From positions 1,216,001 to 1,280,000 of the forward strand of contig OY771506.1 in assembly GCA_963674705.1 (NCBI GenBank): 64,000 nucleotides of DNA, given 5' to 3'. Below are positions 49,361 through 59,692 of the stretch, in pieces (the stretch's first letter is position 1; every line of letters starts with the position of its first letter). The notes under the pieces were generated by a model, which worked only from the letters and a program-made list of their open reading frames with translations, did not search any database and was not told the origin of the DNA. The translations under genes were made by a program, and so were the position numbers. The DNA is from Phycisphaeraceae bacterium. Lineage in GTDB: Bacteria > Planctomycetota > Phycisphaerae > Phycisphaerales > Phycisphaeraceae.

Positions 49361-50227
49361 TCAAATTTCTTCGCTCAAGCCCCTTTTTATTGCCCCAATC
49401 AGCCTCGCAGCCTGCCGATTGGGCCCCACATCGTGCACACGGAACACCTGAACGCCAGCCATTGCACAATACCCCGTGACTGCGCACGTACCCCCCAATC
49501 GATCCTCTACATCCGCACCCGCATCCACCTCACCGATGAATCGCTTTCGACTCGCCCCCATCAGGATCGCATATCCCGTCGCCACAAACGCATCGATCGA
49601 CCGCAATAACGCCAGGTTGTGCTCCGTCGTCTTCCCGAAGCCGATCCCGGGGTCTAATACGATCCGCCTGCGATCCACACCCGCCCGCTGAGCCGCCTCC
49701 GCTCGAGCCAGCAGAAACTGCTTCACTTCCCCCACTACATCACCGTACTGCGGCGCATCCTGCATCGTCCCCGGCTCACCACGCATATGCATCAGCACGA
49801 TCGGCAAACCCCGCTCGGCTGCGAACGCCAGCATCTGCTCATCCTCTAGCCCCGCACTGACATCGTTCAATATCCCCGCACCCGCATCCACCGCCGCTTC
49901 CGCCACTGCAGCTCGCGTCGTATCGATACTGATCTGAACCGCTGGGTAGTCTTGATCCAGCTTCTGGCGCAACGCCCGCACGATCGGCACAACCCGCCTG
50001 ATCTGCTCATCCGCTTCAACCCGCTGCGAGCCCGGCCGAGTCGACTCACCGCCGATGTCGATGATGTCCGCTCCCTGCTTGGCCATGGCTAATCCGTGTT
50101 GCACCGCGCGCTCGGCGTCCAGATAACGGCCGCCATCAGAGAAGCTGTCCGGCGTCAGGTTCAGGATCCCCATCACCCTCGGCTCATCCAGCGACATCGT
50201 CTCATTGTTGCTCAGCAGCAGTTGCAT
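49361..50227 (-). CDS. folP: dihydropteroate synthase
   Basis: MGILNLTPDSFSDGG, GGESTRPG, DPGIGFGK, SRKRFI, RVHDV. Confidence 0.97.
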   Translation of the reverse strand: MQLLLSNNETMSLDEPRVMGILNLTPDSFSDGGRYLDAERAVQHGLAMAKQGADIIDIGGESTRPGSQRVEADEQIRRVVPIVRALRQKLDQDYPAVQISIDTTRAAVAEAAVDAGAGILNDVSAGLEDEQMLAFAAERGLPIVLMHMRGEPGTMQDAPQYGDVVGEVKQFLLARAEAAQRAGVDRRRIVLDPGIGFGKTTEHNLALLRSIDAFVATGYAILMGASRKRFIGEVDAGADVEDRLGGTCAVTGYCAMAGVQVFRVHDVGPNRQAARLIGAIKRGLSEEI

Positions 50228-50419
50228 GTGATGAGTGTATCGACTGTGACTTTTAAGACGAATCGGTCGTTATCCGATTGCGTCAGATCATCGTGGAATT
50301 TACTTAAATCACAGGGGTAAACACGTAAGTCAAACCGTTGTTTTCAATAGCGTTAGCTCGATCGTTTTTTGATGGTCAGCAGGTGTAGTTTGTCGTTTGT
50401 TTTGCCGATATAGCAGGCT

Positions 50420-50821
50420 GTGGCTCAACAACTTAAACAACCCGATCCAAGCCTGCATACAGACTTGGCCGAGTTGCTGGATCAGCTCGATCACGAATCG
50501 AACATCGATCCCTGGCAACGCATCGGCAAGCGACGTGCTATCCATGCGCCGGTCACGCTCGGTGTGATGGCGGGCGGATACAAAGCACTGTACCGCGGAT
50601 GGGCCACCGACCTCTCACCCGACGGCATAGGACTGCTGACCGAACACGATGTCCCCATGGGCGCCGTGCTCTACGTCAACCTCGAATCCGTTGCAGGCAG
50701 GTCCCTGCTGTTGCCGATCCGCATCTGCTACGTCAGCAGGCTGCTCAGCAAAACCTTCCGCGTCGGCGGCGCCTTCAGCTTCATCGACGCCGACCCCGGC
50801 AACACACGCCTCTCCGCGTGA
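50420..50821 (+). CDS. PilZ domain (c-di-GMP-binding) protein
   Basis: RxxxR (RIGKR) and DxSxxG (DLSPDG) motifs. Confidence 0.8.
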   Translation: MAQQLKQPDPSLHTDLAELLDQLDHESNIDPWQRIGKRRAIHAPVTLGVMAGGYKALYRGWATDLSPDGIGLLTEHDVPMGAVLYVNLESVAGRSLLLPIRICYVSRLLSKTFRVGGAFSFIDADPGNTRLSA

Positions 50822-50860
50822 AGTAGCTGTATCAACGTTCACAGCACACATACTTCCCCA

Positions 50861-51065
50861 CCCAACGCCGGTCCTGAGCGCAGCGAAGGTCCGGGCGGTT
50901 TGTATAAATAACCACAGAGACACAGAGAAAATACATTTTCAAAAGAGATAAACACGGATTAACACAGATAAGAAGTGTTAGTTGTTGATTGCATCACACC
51001 AGATCCTATCCGTGTTCATCTGTGTTCATCCCTGTTCCCCGTCTTCTTCTCTGTGTCTCTGTGAT
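50861..51065. repeat. stack of three repeat families: REP-like copy (50861-50896), outer nonamer IR (50911-50929/51047-51065), inner nonamer IR (50941-50970/51007-51036)
   Basis: Inner right arm atccgtgttcatctgtgttcatccctgtt is identical to 37250-37278. Confidence 0.8.
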
Positions 51066-51076
51066 TCAAACCCAAA

Positions 51077-52522
51077 CTAAACCTTCGTCTTCAACCACCC
51101 GCCATGGAAGAAACGGCCGGCAAACAATATCCCGCGCACCGCCATCTCGCCGCAGAGCCCGTACCAGATCCCGACCAGCCCAAGACCGAAGTACATCCCG
51201 AACAGGTACGCCGCCGGCAAGCGGAACACGAACAGGCTGATGTACCCGAGGATCATCGTCGACCGCGTGTCGCCTGCGCCCTTGATCGCCTGGCTGAACA
51301 CGATGTACATCGCGAAGAAAGGCTGAACCCAGCCGCAAACCCAAAGCAGTTGCGGCGTCACTTCACGATGCACCGCCACCGGCGAAACCAACGCGATCAG
51401 CTTGTCTCCCATCGTGATAAACACCACACCGCTGACCGTCATCACCGTCACCGCGATCCCGCAGCACATTAACGCCGATCGCCTCGCCATCGTCGGGTCT
51501 TCCGCGCCAAGGTACTGCCCGACCAGGATCGCCGCCGCGCCCGCCAGCGCGAAGCCCGGCAAAAAGCTCGCCGACTCGATACGCACCGCCCACATGTGCG
51601 AGCCCATCAAACCCTCGGACGATGCAAGATGGCCGATCATCAGGATCACCAGGAAGTTGCCGCCCCAGATGACGATTCCCTCTGCAAGCTGCGGTATCGC
51701 AACACGGATGATGCGCTTCGCGGTATGCCAATGCGGCTTCAGACGCGCCGGACGCAGGCGAATCAATCGCTTACCACGGAACAGAACAAACATCGTCAGC
51801 ACCGCACCGACACCCCACGCGACCGCTGTGCCCGCCGCGATCCCCGCGACGCCATGCCCGCCGATCGGTTCAGGCCCGTAAACAAACAGCAGACTCGTGC
51901 AGACGTTCACCGCGTTCACAACAACGATGACGAAGAAAGGCGTTCGCGTATCACCCGCTGCACGCAGACACGCACCGCCGACAAACAACACCGAACTCAT
52001 CGGCCCCGCCAGCGAAACGATGCGCAGATACATCGTGCCCAAATCCAGCGCCATCGCTTCCAGACCCGCCAACAACACGATCAATCTTGCCAGCGCATAG
52101 ATGATCACCGACATCCCCAGACCCATGAGGATCGCCAGTAAAATCGCCTGACCCAGTGCCGCGTTGGCTAACCGTTTGTGGCGTCCGCCGATCGCACGCG
52201 ACACCAGCGCCGACGCCCCGACGCCGACCGATCCCATCAGTAAACCCATCAGCCAGTTCACGTATCCCGCAACGCCCAACGCATCGTTCGCCGCGACCGC
52301 CAGATCCTCCGGCTTAAGCTGCGACGCCAGGTACATGTCCACCGTCCCGACCAGGAACGCCATCACCTGTTCAAGCAAAGGCCAGATCGCCAGCACCAGA
52401 ATCTGCTTGCGCAGCGACAGCCCCGCCAGCTTCCCACCCAACGCTCTGGGCACCGGCGCAGCCACCGCCACCGCTTCACTTTCAGATCCTTCATCACGGC
52501 GCATGGCGGGCATTGTAGCCAT
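51077..52522 (-). CDS. MATE family efflux transporter
   Basis: Multi-TM protein; duplicated LRAAGDTRTP / IKGAGDTRST motifs; VGQYLGA. Confidence 0.92.
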   Translation of the reverse strand: MATMPAMRRDEGSESEAVAVAAPVPRALGGKLAGLSLRKQILVLAIWPLLEQVMAFLVGTVDMYLASQLKPEDLAVAANDALGVAGYVNWLMGLLMGSVGVGASALVSRAIGGRHKRLANAALGQAILLAILMGLGMSVIIYALARLIVLLAGLEAMALDLGTMYLRIVSLAGPMSSVLFVGGACLRAAGDTRTPFFVIVVVNAVNVCTSLLFVYGPEPIGGHGVAGIAAGTAVAWGVGAVLTMFVLFRGKRLIRLRPARLKPHWHTAKRIIRVAIPQLAEGIVIWGGNFLVILMIGHLASSEGLMGSHMWAVRIESASFLPGFALAGAAAILVGQYLGAEDPTMARRSALMCCGIAVTVMTVSGVVFITMGDKLIALVSPVAVHREVTPQLLWVCGWVQPFFAMYIVFSQAIKGAGDTRSTMILGYISLFVFRLPAAYLFGMYFGLGLVGIWYGLCGEMAVRGILFAGRFFHGGWLKTKV

Positions 52523-52575
52523 GTAGAAAAATCACGCGCGTGAGCTTTCGATAAACAAACCACGCACACAAGACA

Positions 52576-52727
52576 CGCGCACGCTGGCAGCGTGCGGCTA
52601 TAAGCTCTTAGTAAACAGTACGCGTTCAGAAGCAACCAGCCGCGAGCAGCCCTGCTCGCGCGCTGAACGCCCAACAATCATTACCCGTCCCGAAGCAACC
52701 AGCCGCAGGCAGCCCCGCCTGCGCGCC
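52576..52727. repeat. left REP array of RAYT2 (three AGCCGC-stem-GCGCG hairpins)
   Basis: Hairpins at 52576-52601, 52629-52663 and 52692-52727. Confidence 0.85.
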
Positions 52728-52733
52728 AACCCT

Positions 52734-53216
52734 TCAGCAATCATTGCCCTTCCCTTCAAACCAACACACCCCCCGATGGTCGGGCAGATACACCCCCAGC
52801 AGATAATCAAAGTGCTCCTGATCCGCGACATGTTTCTGACTGCCACCACGGCCGAACCAGTGTGCTTTACGTGAATGTTCATTTAACCTGCGCGTCAGCG
52901 ATTGCTTCAGGTTCTGCCGAACATCTTTCGCGTCTTTTTCAGTCGACAAACTCACAAGTATGTGAACATGCGATGCATCGGTTGCAATCCCGTGCAGCCG
53001 CAATGATTGGTTCTCGCATGCTTCTTTAGTAATGGCGATCAGTTGTGTTTGAATCTGCGCATCAAACTTAACAACCACCTGCTGTTGTCTTTCACGATAA
53101 CGATCCGCCATCTTGATGCTTTGTGGTTGAATCCCTTTGCCCCGCTGAACGTATCCGCGCTTGCGATCGGGCATCCACGAACCATAAGCATGAAACGTGA
53201 AGAGATAAACCGGCAT
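52734..53216 (-). mobile_element. REP-associated tyrosine transposase (RAYT, Y1 HUH), RAYT2
   Basis: YLFTFHAYGSWMPD, SHVHIL HUH motif, WFGRGGS, C-terminal Tyr; REP arrays on both sides. Confidence 0.85.
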
Positions 53217-53267
53217 ATGGGGATTGTACAAAGAACGCTGCGTAGAAGGTATTTGTAATAGAAAATC

Positions 53268-53406
53268 CGCGCACGCTGGCAGCGTGCGGCTATTGGCTAT
53301 TGGTAATCAAAGTGTGTTCAGAAGCAACCAGCCGCAGGCAGCCCTGCCTGCGCGCCGACCGACCAGTAACCATTACCCGTCATGAACAACCAGCCGCGGG
53401 CAGCCC
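53268..53406. repeat. right REP array of RAYT2 (two full hairpins and one truncated)
   Basis: Hairpins at 53268-53293 and 53321-53356, half-hairpin 53384-53406; same order and spacer motifs as the left array. Confidence 0.85.
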
Positions 53407-53505
53407 GGCCAGCTTCCCGCCCAACGCTTTGGGCACGGGCGCAGCCACCGCCACCGCTTCACTTTCCGATCCTTCTTCACGGCGCATGGCGGGCATTGTA
53501 GCCAT
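53380..53505 (-). pseudogene. truncated duplicate of the MATE gene 5' end (35 codons, then runs into REP and stops)
   Basis: 53401-53522 matches 52418-52539 at 115 of 122 nt; translates MATMPAMRREEGSESEAVAVAAPVPKALGGKLAGL-PAAGCS*. Confidence 0.85.
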
Positions 53506-53668
53506 GTAGAAAAAGCACGCGCATCTGTGAGGATTGGGTAAGTAAACCACCCACTATCGGACACCGGCTATTAATGCCCGCCCTTCTGCTGTAAACGTTC
53601 GCGGAAAACAGGTCGATATCAGTCAGACGGTTCTGTTCAAACATATTAACTCTGACCAGGGGAATTCG

Positions 53669-54613
53669 ATGAGCATTTTAAAAGCGCGAACCATTCTTGC
53701 GGCCGCCATCTTTGTCATGTCCGCCGCAACTGTTCTTGCTTCCGACAACGCATCCGAGCCGGTCAATCTCGTCGGCAAACGAACTTTTACGCAGGGCGAG
53801 CTGTTCAAGATCAACGGCTCGAGAACGATTAAGAAACACATCGTCGTCACTTCGTTCGGCCGAAAGGTCGACGACAAGGTCTTGAAGATGACCTTGGAAG
53901 CCGAACTCGAAGTCTATATCGCAAAAGTCGACGAGGAAGGCGCGGTTCGGCAAGCGAAGTTTCGTATTGTGTCATGCGATGTCAAAGACGAGTACGGTCT
54001 AATGACGGCTCTGCCGCAAGGCACCGTGCTCACCGTTTCGTTGAATGACATCGGTGAATCAACCATCACAAAAGATGGCGAGTTGCTTGATGATTCGGCA
54101 GCTCAATGGGTCGATGGTTTTACCCTGTTGCTGGATAATGACCACGGTGAATACTTGAACCCTGGCCACGAAGTCAGTCCGGGTGAGTCTTGGCCGGTAG
54201 ATGCAAAACAGATCGCCGCGAAACAAAACGCATCTGAATCCAGTTTCGTGATTCATGAAAAACAGATTAAGGGTAACGTCGTGTTTGATGGCGTTCGCAA
54301 GTACCCCAACTCGCCATTGTACGAGATATCCTACCACATGGACTTGGGCGAAATCCCCTTCCCCGACTCGGCTGTGTTTGGTGGGCTGAAGGTTCAAACC
54401 AACTCTCTGAAAGTCGACAGCAAAATGTTTATACCCGCTGATAATCATTCGCCAATCGTTGGACACAAGGAATCGGCCATCAACTATCACCGGCTGGTTG
54501 ATAAGCAAGACCCCAATCGTATGGTGATTCAACAGACCTTGATACTCTCACAGCAGTATCAGCGGATGCCCGTGAACACACAGCTTGGCGCTGTTGATGA
54601 ATCACACCATTAA
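53669..54613 (+). CDS. secreted hypothetical protein
   Basis: Signal peptide (VLA-S); beta-rich; VSPGESW motif. Confidence 0.75.
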   Translation: MSILKARTILAAAIFVMSAATVLASDNASEPVNLVGKRTFTQGELFKINGSRTIKKHIVVTSFGRKVDDKVLKMTLEAELEVYIAKVDEEGAVRQAKFRIVSCDVKDEYGLMTALPQGTVLTVSLNDIGESTITKDGELLDDSAAQWVDGFTLLLDNDHGEYLNPGHEVSPGESWPVDAKQIAAKQNASESSFVIHEKQIKGNVVFDGVRKYPNSPLYEISYHMDLGEIPFPDSAVFGGLKVQTNSLKVDSKMFIPADNHSPIVGHKESAINYHRLVDKQDPNRMVIQQTLILSQQYQRMPVNTQLGAVDESHH

Positions 54614-54687
54614 ACGCATGTCATCAGGCAACAGTAGCGGGGTGCTCTATCGGCTCGTTAAGTAATCGCCCGTCAGGAAGTGTTGTG

Positions 54688-55677
54688 TTAAGCCATGGGC
54701 GGTGTTGCGCGCGACACGGTCCTGGCCACCACAGGCGGATCGATCGCCGTGGTTTCGCTTGCTTTCGGCTTCGGCGCTTTCGTGCCGACCGCCTTGGGCA
54801 TCTGATCTTCGCGCGGCATCACGATCTGTTTGGCCAGGCCCACCAGCGACAGCGCGCGGATCGTCCAGTACGTCAGGTCGAACTCATACCAGCGCAGCCC
54901 GTGTGCGGCGGAGCGAGGCAACGCGTGATGGTTGTTATGCCAGCCTTCGCCGAAGCTAAGCAGTGCAACCCACCAGAGGTTGGTCGACTTTTCGCCGGTT
55001 TCTTCGTAGTTCTGATAGCCCCACGTGTGTGCGGCGGAGTTCACGAACCACGTGATGTGGAACACCGCAACGGTGCGGAACGCAATCGCCCAGACGATCC
55101 ACGATAAACCCAGTTGCCAACCACCGATTGCAAAACCGATCGCAAACAGCAATACGGTCAACACCAACTGCGGCACGAAGAAGTAGCGGTTAAGAACGCG
55201 CTGACCTTTATCACGCAGCAGGTCTTTTGCAGCATCTTCACCGCAGATGCCTTCGAGTTTGTCGTGCAATGTCCAAAGAATGTGTGCCCACGTGAAGCCG
55301 TGCTCCGGGCTGTGCGGATCGTGATCGGTGTCAGAGTGTTTGTGATGTAAACGATGCACGCCCACCCACGTGACCGGGCCGCCTTGCCAGGCAAGACAAC
55401 CGCAAACAGTCAAGACGTACTCGAACCACTTGGGCGTCTTGAACGAACGATGTGTTAACAGGCGGTGGTAACAGAGCGTGATACCGATGCCGCCGGTGAT
55501 CCAACCGAGCAGTAGCGCCAGGATCAATCCCGACCAACTGAACAGGCTCGGAACGAACACAAACAACGCGATCAGATGCATCATGCCGATGCCGAGGATC
55601 ACCGTCCAATTCAGGTTCGCCCATTCAATCCCGCCACGACGTGGCGCGGCAGGTACATCACTATTTTGTTTGGGCAT
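54688..55677 (-). CDS. acyl-CoA (delta-9-type) fatty acid desaturase
   Basis: His boxes HRLLTH, HRLHH, HNNHH; GEGWHNNHH. Confidence 0.93.
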   Translation of the reverse strand: MPKQNSDVPAAPRRGGIEWANLNWTVILGIGMMHLIALFVFVPSLFSWSGLILALLLGWITGGIGITLCYHRLLTHRSFKTPKWFEYVLTVCGCLAWQGGPVTWVGVHRLHHKHSDTDHDPHSPEHGFTWAHILWTLHDKLEGICGEDAAKDLLRDKGQRVLNRYFFVPQLVLTVLLFAIGFAIGGWQLGLSWIVWAIAFRTVAVFHITWFVNSAAHTWGYQNYEETGEKSTNLWWVALLSFGEGWHNNHHALPRSAAHGLRWYEFDLTYWTIRALSLVGLAKQIVMPREDQMPKAVGTKAPKPKASETTAIDPPVVARTVSRATPPMA

Positions 55678-55942
55678 TCGGTTACTCTCGTCGTGGAATG
55701 GGTAGTCAATAGAGGTGGCACATGGTAGGTGCATCGGTCCGGCAATGCCAACGCCATGAACAAACATTTGCCCCTTGCGAGCTAAACCGCATGTGAGCCC
55801 GTGTCAATTGAGTACTTATGTATATAAGGACTTATCCACCGTTATATGAGCGCACATGTTCGGCGCAACCGGTGCGCATGCGCACGTAGACGGCAAGGAA
55901 TGTGTCAGATATGCGACTTTTAATCTTCAGCCGTGTGAAAAC

Positions 55943-56686
55943 CTATTTTACGACGACGTTGCGCGTCACGACCTGCGCATTTTCGCGCGACAGGCTCGGG
56001 ATCAGGGGCAGCACCGCATCGACCATCTTCTGTTCGGAGATAGCGGCACTGTTGAAGGTGACGGTGAACAAACTGGCGGACAACGGCGTGCTGGGCCAGT
56101 AGCGCTTGTAGAACGAAGCGCGGTTCTGATCGATCCGACGCACTTCCGACGCGGCGTGTTTGTGATCGCAATCAAGCGCCTTCGCCATCTGATCAATGCG
56201 ATACTCAAGCGGCGCGACGATCTGGATGTGTACGCCGCGCGGCATGTTCTGCGTGATCAGCGCGCCGCCCCGTCCGACGATGACGGCCCGGCCGCCCTGC
56301 GCCAAGCCGCGGATCGTCTCGGCGACGCGGCGGTAGACCTGCGACTCGGTTGTCTGTGCGGACAAGCCGGCGAAGACGTCATACAGCCAGGAGTGGCATT
56401 GTTCACCGAGCAGGTTGACCAGTGTCTTGTGCAGGTTGTGGTCTTGCGAGACCTTTTCGACAAGTTCCTTGTCGAATCCTGTCCAAGGCGTCTGGCCCGG
56501 TTCCGGCGGGTCCAGCACGTTGAGCCGTGTGACCAGGCCGCGCATCAGCGACCGTCCTCCGGCGCCGGCTTCCCGGCTGATAGTGATGAAGGGGGGCGAG
56601 GTTTTGGCCGTGCTGTCCACGCGTTCACCGATGTTATGGACATGAGACCGGACCGCCGCCACGATAGGGTTGAGCCTGTTCATCAC
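55943..56686 (-). CDS. cytidylate kinase-like family protein
   Basis: ITISREAGAGG, VIVGRGG, APLEYRI, D..R..FY. Confidence 0.85.
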   Translation of the reverse strand: MMNRLNPIVAAVRSHVHNIGERVDSTAKTSPPFITISREAGAGGRSLMRGLVTRLNVLDPPEPGQTPWTGFDKELVEKVSQDHNLHKTLVNLLGEQCHSWLYDVFAGLSAQTTESQVYRRVAETIRGLAQGGRAVIVGRGGALITQNMPRGVHIQIVAPLEYRIDQMAKALDCDHKHAASEVRRIDQNRASFYKRYWPSTPLSASLFTVTFNSAAISEQKMVDAVLPLIPSLSRENAQVVTRNVVVK

Positions 56687-56831
56687 ACGCTCCTTTCAGC
56701 GCTAAAGCGCCAGATATGTCGCCCAATACTCTATCGTAATTATAGATCAGGATTTTGCGTATCCAAGTGCGGGATGGAAAGTGCAGGCAGAAACTTTTGA
56801 TTAACCACCACTGTTTTGAAGAGAGGAATTA

Positions 56832-56922
56832 GCCACGAAAAGTCACAAAATGCTCAAAAGGTTGGTGGCGTTAACACGCATTAAGTGCACTGATTTTTGT
56901 GGATTTTGTGCCTTTTTGTGGC
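56832..56922. repeat. nonamer-periodic inverted repeat (GCCAC-headed)
   Basis: gccacgaaaagtcacaaaatgctcaaaa / ttttgtggattttgtgcctttttgtggc. Confidence 0.7.
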
Positions 56923-56970
56923 GGTAATCCGGGTTGGCGCCCGCGTGCTGAAGCACGCTTGCCTGGGGGG

Positions 56971-57861
56971 TTAGGCGGTATGGGCGTTGAGGAGGTTTTC
57001 GTAGGCGGTGAATGGGACTTTCTGGCTGCCCAGGGCGATGGTTTTGCGGGAGCCGTGGTAGTCGCTGCCGCCGGTGGTCAGGAGTTTGAAGCGTTGGGCG
57101 AGCTTGTTGAATTGCTCGACGTCGCTGGGGTTGTGGTCTGAGTGGCGTGACTCGATGCCATCAAGCCCGAGGCTTCTGAGTTTGGCGACGGCGTGTTCGA
57201 GCTTTTCGTGCGAGGTAAACCCGAGCTGAACGGGATGGGCGAGCACCGCCAGGCCGCCCGCCTCGTGGATGGCGTTGATCGCTTCTTCCGCTGAAAGCCG
57301 GTCTTTACGGACATAAGCCAACCCGCCCTGGCCGATGTAGCGTGAGAACGCTTCGTGAATGGACTTTACATAGCCCTTCTGCATCAGGACCTGCCCGATG
57401 TGCGGTCGGCCGACGATCAAGCCCGCTTCATTGGTTGAACCTTTAGCGCCGCCGGCGGCTTCGATGACTTCTTCGTAATCGATCTGTAAACCGAGTTCCT
57501 TGAGTTTCACGACCATGGCGGGGTTGCGCTGGGCGCGGGCTTCGCGCAGGCGCACCTCGATGGCGGCAAGATGCGATGCATCGGGTTCGATGTAATAGCC
57601 GAGGATGTGCAGCGTACCGAGGCGGTCGACCTTGTCGGGGTTGTCATAGAACAGCGACGGGTCGGCGGACAGTTCGATGCCGGGGACAGCCTTGATCTTC
57701 GCCTTTTTTGCGGCGGCGAGGAAGGCGTCGAGGCCGGCGGTGGTGTCGTGATCGGTCAGCGCGACGGCGCTGAGGCCCGCCTGCTTGGCGAGCCGTGGCA
57801 GGTCTGCGGGCGCATCGGTCCCGTCGCTGGCGGTGGAATGGGTGTGCAGGTCGCAATACAT
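56971..57861 (-). CDS. PHP domain metal-dependent phosphoesterase (TrpH/YciV-like)
   Basis: DLHTHSTASDG, LTDHD, HILGY, GRPH, LAHP, GGSDYHG. Confidence 0.92.
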   Translation of the reverse strand: MYCDLHTHSTASDGTDAPADLPRLAKQAGLSAVALTDHDTTAGLDAFLAAAKKAKIKAVPGIELSADPSLFYDNPDKVDRLGTLHILGYYIEPDASHLAAIEVRLREARAQRNPAMVVKLKELGLQIDYEEVIEAAGGAKGSTNEAGLIVGRPHIGQVLMQKGYVKSIHEAFSRYIGQGGLAYVRKDRLSAEEAINAIHEAGGLAVLAHPVQLGFTSHEKLEHAVAKLRSLGLDGIESRHSDHNPSDVEQFNKLAQRFKLLTTGGSDYHGSRKTIALGSQKVPFTAYENLLNAHTA

Positions 57862-57989
57862 ATGTCAGATAGTAGCGGGTTTTACGAGGAAGATGTAGCC
57901 GCGGATGAACAGGGATCAACGCAGAGAAAAGCGCGCCAAGCCTCAAACGGCTTAAGGTTGCAGTTACTGGGACGTGGTCGGATTGGTGA

Positions 57990-58649
57990 TTATTCTTCGG
58001 CGGGTTTGACCGGCCGTTGCACTTCACCGTAGCGCAAGAAGCTCGGGACAAACGGGCTGTTGTAACCGAGGTATCGCGGTGGGCCGTCGGCTAGCCACTT
58101 GTCGTTGTGTTGATCAAGCCATGCGTCGAGTGTGGCGAGGGTGTTGTAAAAGCGTTTGTCGTTGTAGTTGCCGCGCACGCCGATCGAGGCGTAGGTCCGG
58201 GCGGGCATGTTTTCAACCGTGACATTACCATCATCGCCGGTCTTGCCCATGTCGGGTTGGCGGTAGAGAAAAGCCATAGAAGACATCGTGTTTGTCTGCT
58301 CGTTCTGGTAGCCCATTTCCACGGGTGAGGTCATGGCGATGTCGTTGGTCTTGATATGGTTGAACAGCTGCCCGAACATCTGGTTCATCCGGCCACCTGA
58401 TTGTGACGTGTCGTCGGCGTGAACGATCGCGGCGCGCACTTGCGGGTAGTCCTTGATCTCGACCTGTCCGACGGGTGTCAGGCTGGGCCAGCCTTCTGCG
58501 AGCGGTGCTTCGTGGATCAGCCATGGCGGCTTTTGCGTGGTCTTTTCGTTGTCGGTAGCACAACCGCTAACAGCAACCACACCAAGCGTGCACCATGTCA
58601 GTATTGTTCGCAGCAGCTTGTTCTTAATATGTAGAACGGAATCGTTCAT
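57990..58649 (-). CDS. SOUL heme-binding family lipoprotein
   Basis: VSGC lipobox; F.QLFNHI, IAMTSPV, MAFLY, YNSPFVP. Confidence 0.8.
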   Translation of the reverse strand: MNDSVLHIKNKLLRTILTWCTLGVVAVSGCATDNEKTTQKPPWLIHEAPLAEGWPSLTPVGQVEIKDYPQVRAAIVHADDTSQSGGRMNQMFGQLFNHIKTNDIAMTSPVEMGYQNEQTNTMSSMAFLYRQPDMGKTGDDGNVTVENMPARTYASIGVRGNYNDKRFYNTLATLDAWLDQHNDKWLADGPPRYLGYNSPFVPSFLRYGEVQRPVKPAEE

Positions 58650-58737
58650 GACCGCGCGTCTCCTGATACTTACCCATAATTATACGTTGGGTGTGTGCGA
58701 TCGGTTTCACATCCCCGGCATAAGTTGACTGTTAAAA

Positions 58738-59643
58738 TCAGTCGACCACAAGCGTGGAACGTGTGCCTGACCGGACAAGTTCTGTAAACAGATCAGAGAG
58801 TCTGTTGGTCATCGGGCCGGCTTGTTGGGGGAAGCTGTGATTGTCGAGCTTCACGACGGGAACGAGTTCGCCCATGGTGCCGGTGACGAACACTTCGTCG
58901 GCTTTAAAGAGGTCGGCGTGCGGGATGTCGGTGACGTTGTGCGGGATGTTGTTCTGCTTACACAGTTCGAGGACGGTAGCGCGGGTGATGCCTGTGGGGC
59001 AGGCGTCGCAGGTGGAGGTCAACACGGTGCCATCCTTAACGATGAAGACGTGTGTCGCGTTGGTTTCGGCGAGGTTGCCGTTGAGATCGAGCATCAGCGC
59101 ATCGTCGACGCCGGCGGCGTTGGCTTCCAGTTTTGCGAGGATGGAGGTTAGCTGGTTGCAGGAGTGGATGACCTGGTTGAGCACGTTCGCGGGCGGTCGG
59201 CGGTGGTTGGCGGTCATCAAGGTGATGCCGGAGCGGTCATAGACCGGGGGTTTGTGCTCGGCGAGTATGAAGTAGGAACAGCCTTGGTTGTTGATGCGCG
59301 GGTCGAGGCCTGATGTATATTTAAGGCCGCGCGAGACGGTCAGGCGGATGTGGACGTTGTCGCGCATGTTGTTAGCGGCGAGCGTGGCTTTGAGTTGATC
59401 GATCAGAAGCTCATCGTCGGGAAAGCCCTGGTATTGCAGCATATTTGCGCTTTTGCGCAGGCGTGCGAGGTGTTCGGGGAGTTTGAAGATGGCGCGATCG
59501 TAGAGGCGCAGACCTTCCCAGACCGCGTCGCCGTTCTGCACAGATGAATCGAACGGGGAGACGCCCGCTTGATCGCGGTGGACGAGTTGGCCGTTGATGT
59601 TGACGATGAGGTCGCGGTTTTTTTCGTTGAAGGTTTGGAGCAT
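58738..59643 (-). CDS. class IV PLP aminotransferase (BCAT/4-amino-4-deoxychorismate lyase-like)
   Basis: GDAVWEGLR, HLARL, GITR, ADEVFVTGT; the expected PLP-lysine region reads IHSCN. Confidence 0.88.
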   Translation of the reverse strand: MLQTFNEKNRDLIVNINGQLVHRDQAGVSPFDSSVQNGDAVWEGLRLYDRAIFKLPEHLARLRKSANMLQYQGFPDDELLIDQLKATLAANNMRDNVHIRLTVSRGLKYTSGLDPRINNQGCSYFILAEHKPPVYDRSGITLMTANHRRPPANVLNQVIHSCNQLTSILAKLEANAAGVDDALMLDLNGNLAETNATHVFIVKDGTVLTSTCDACPTGITRATVLELCKQNNIPHNVTDIPHADLFKADEVFVTGTMGELVPVVKLDNHSFPQQAGPMTNRLSDLFTELVRSGTRSTLVVD

Positions 59644-59692
59644 TGTTGGTGGCTGGTGTCTGGTGGCTCGTGGCTGGTAAGAAAGACAGTGA

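Noticed and set aside
52576..53406. REP arrays as a CRISPR array
   Set aside because: Mixed orientations, variable stems, conserved spacer motifs, no cas genes; a RAYT in the middle explains them
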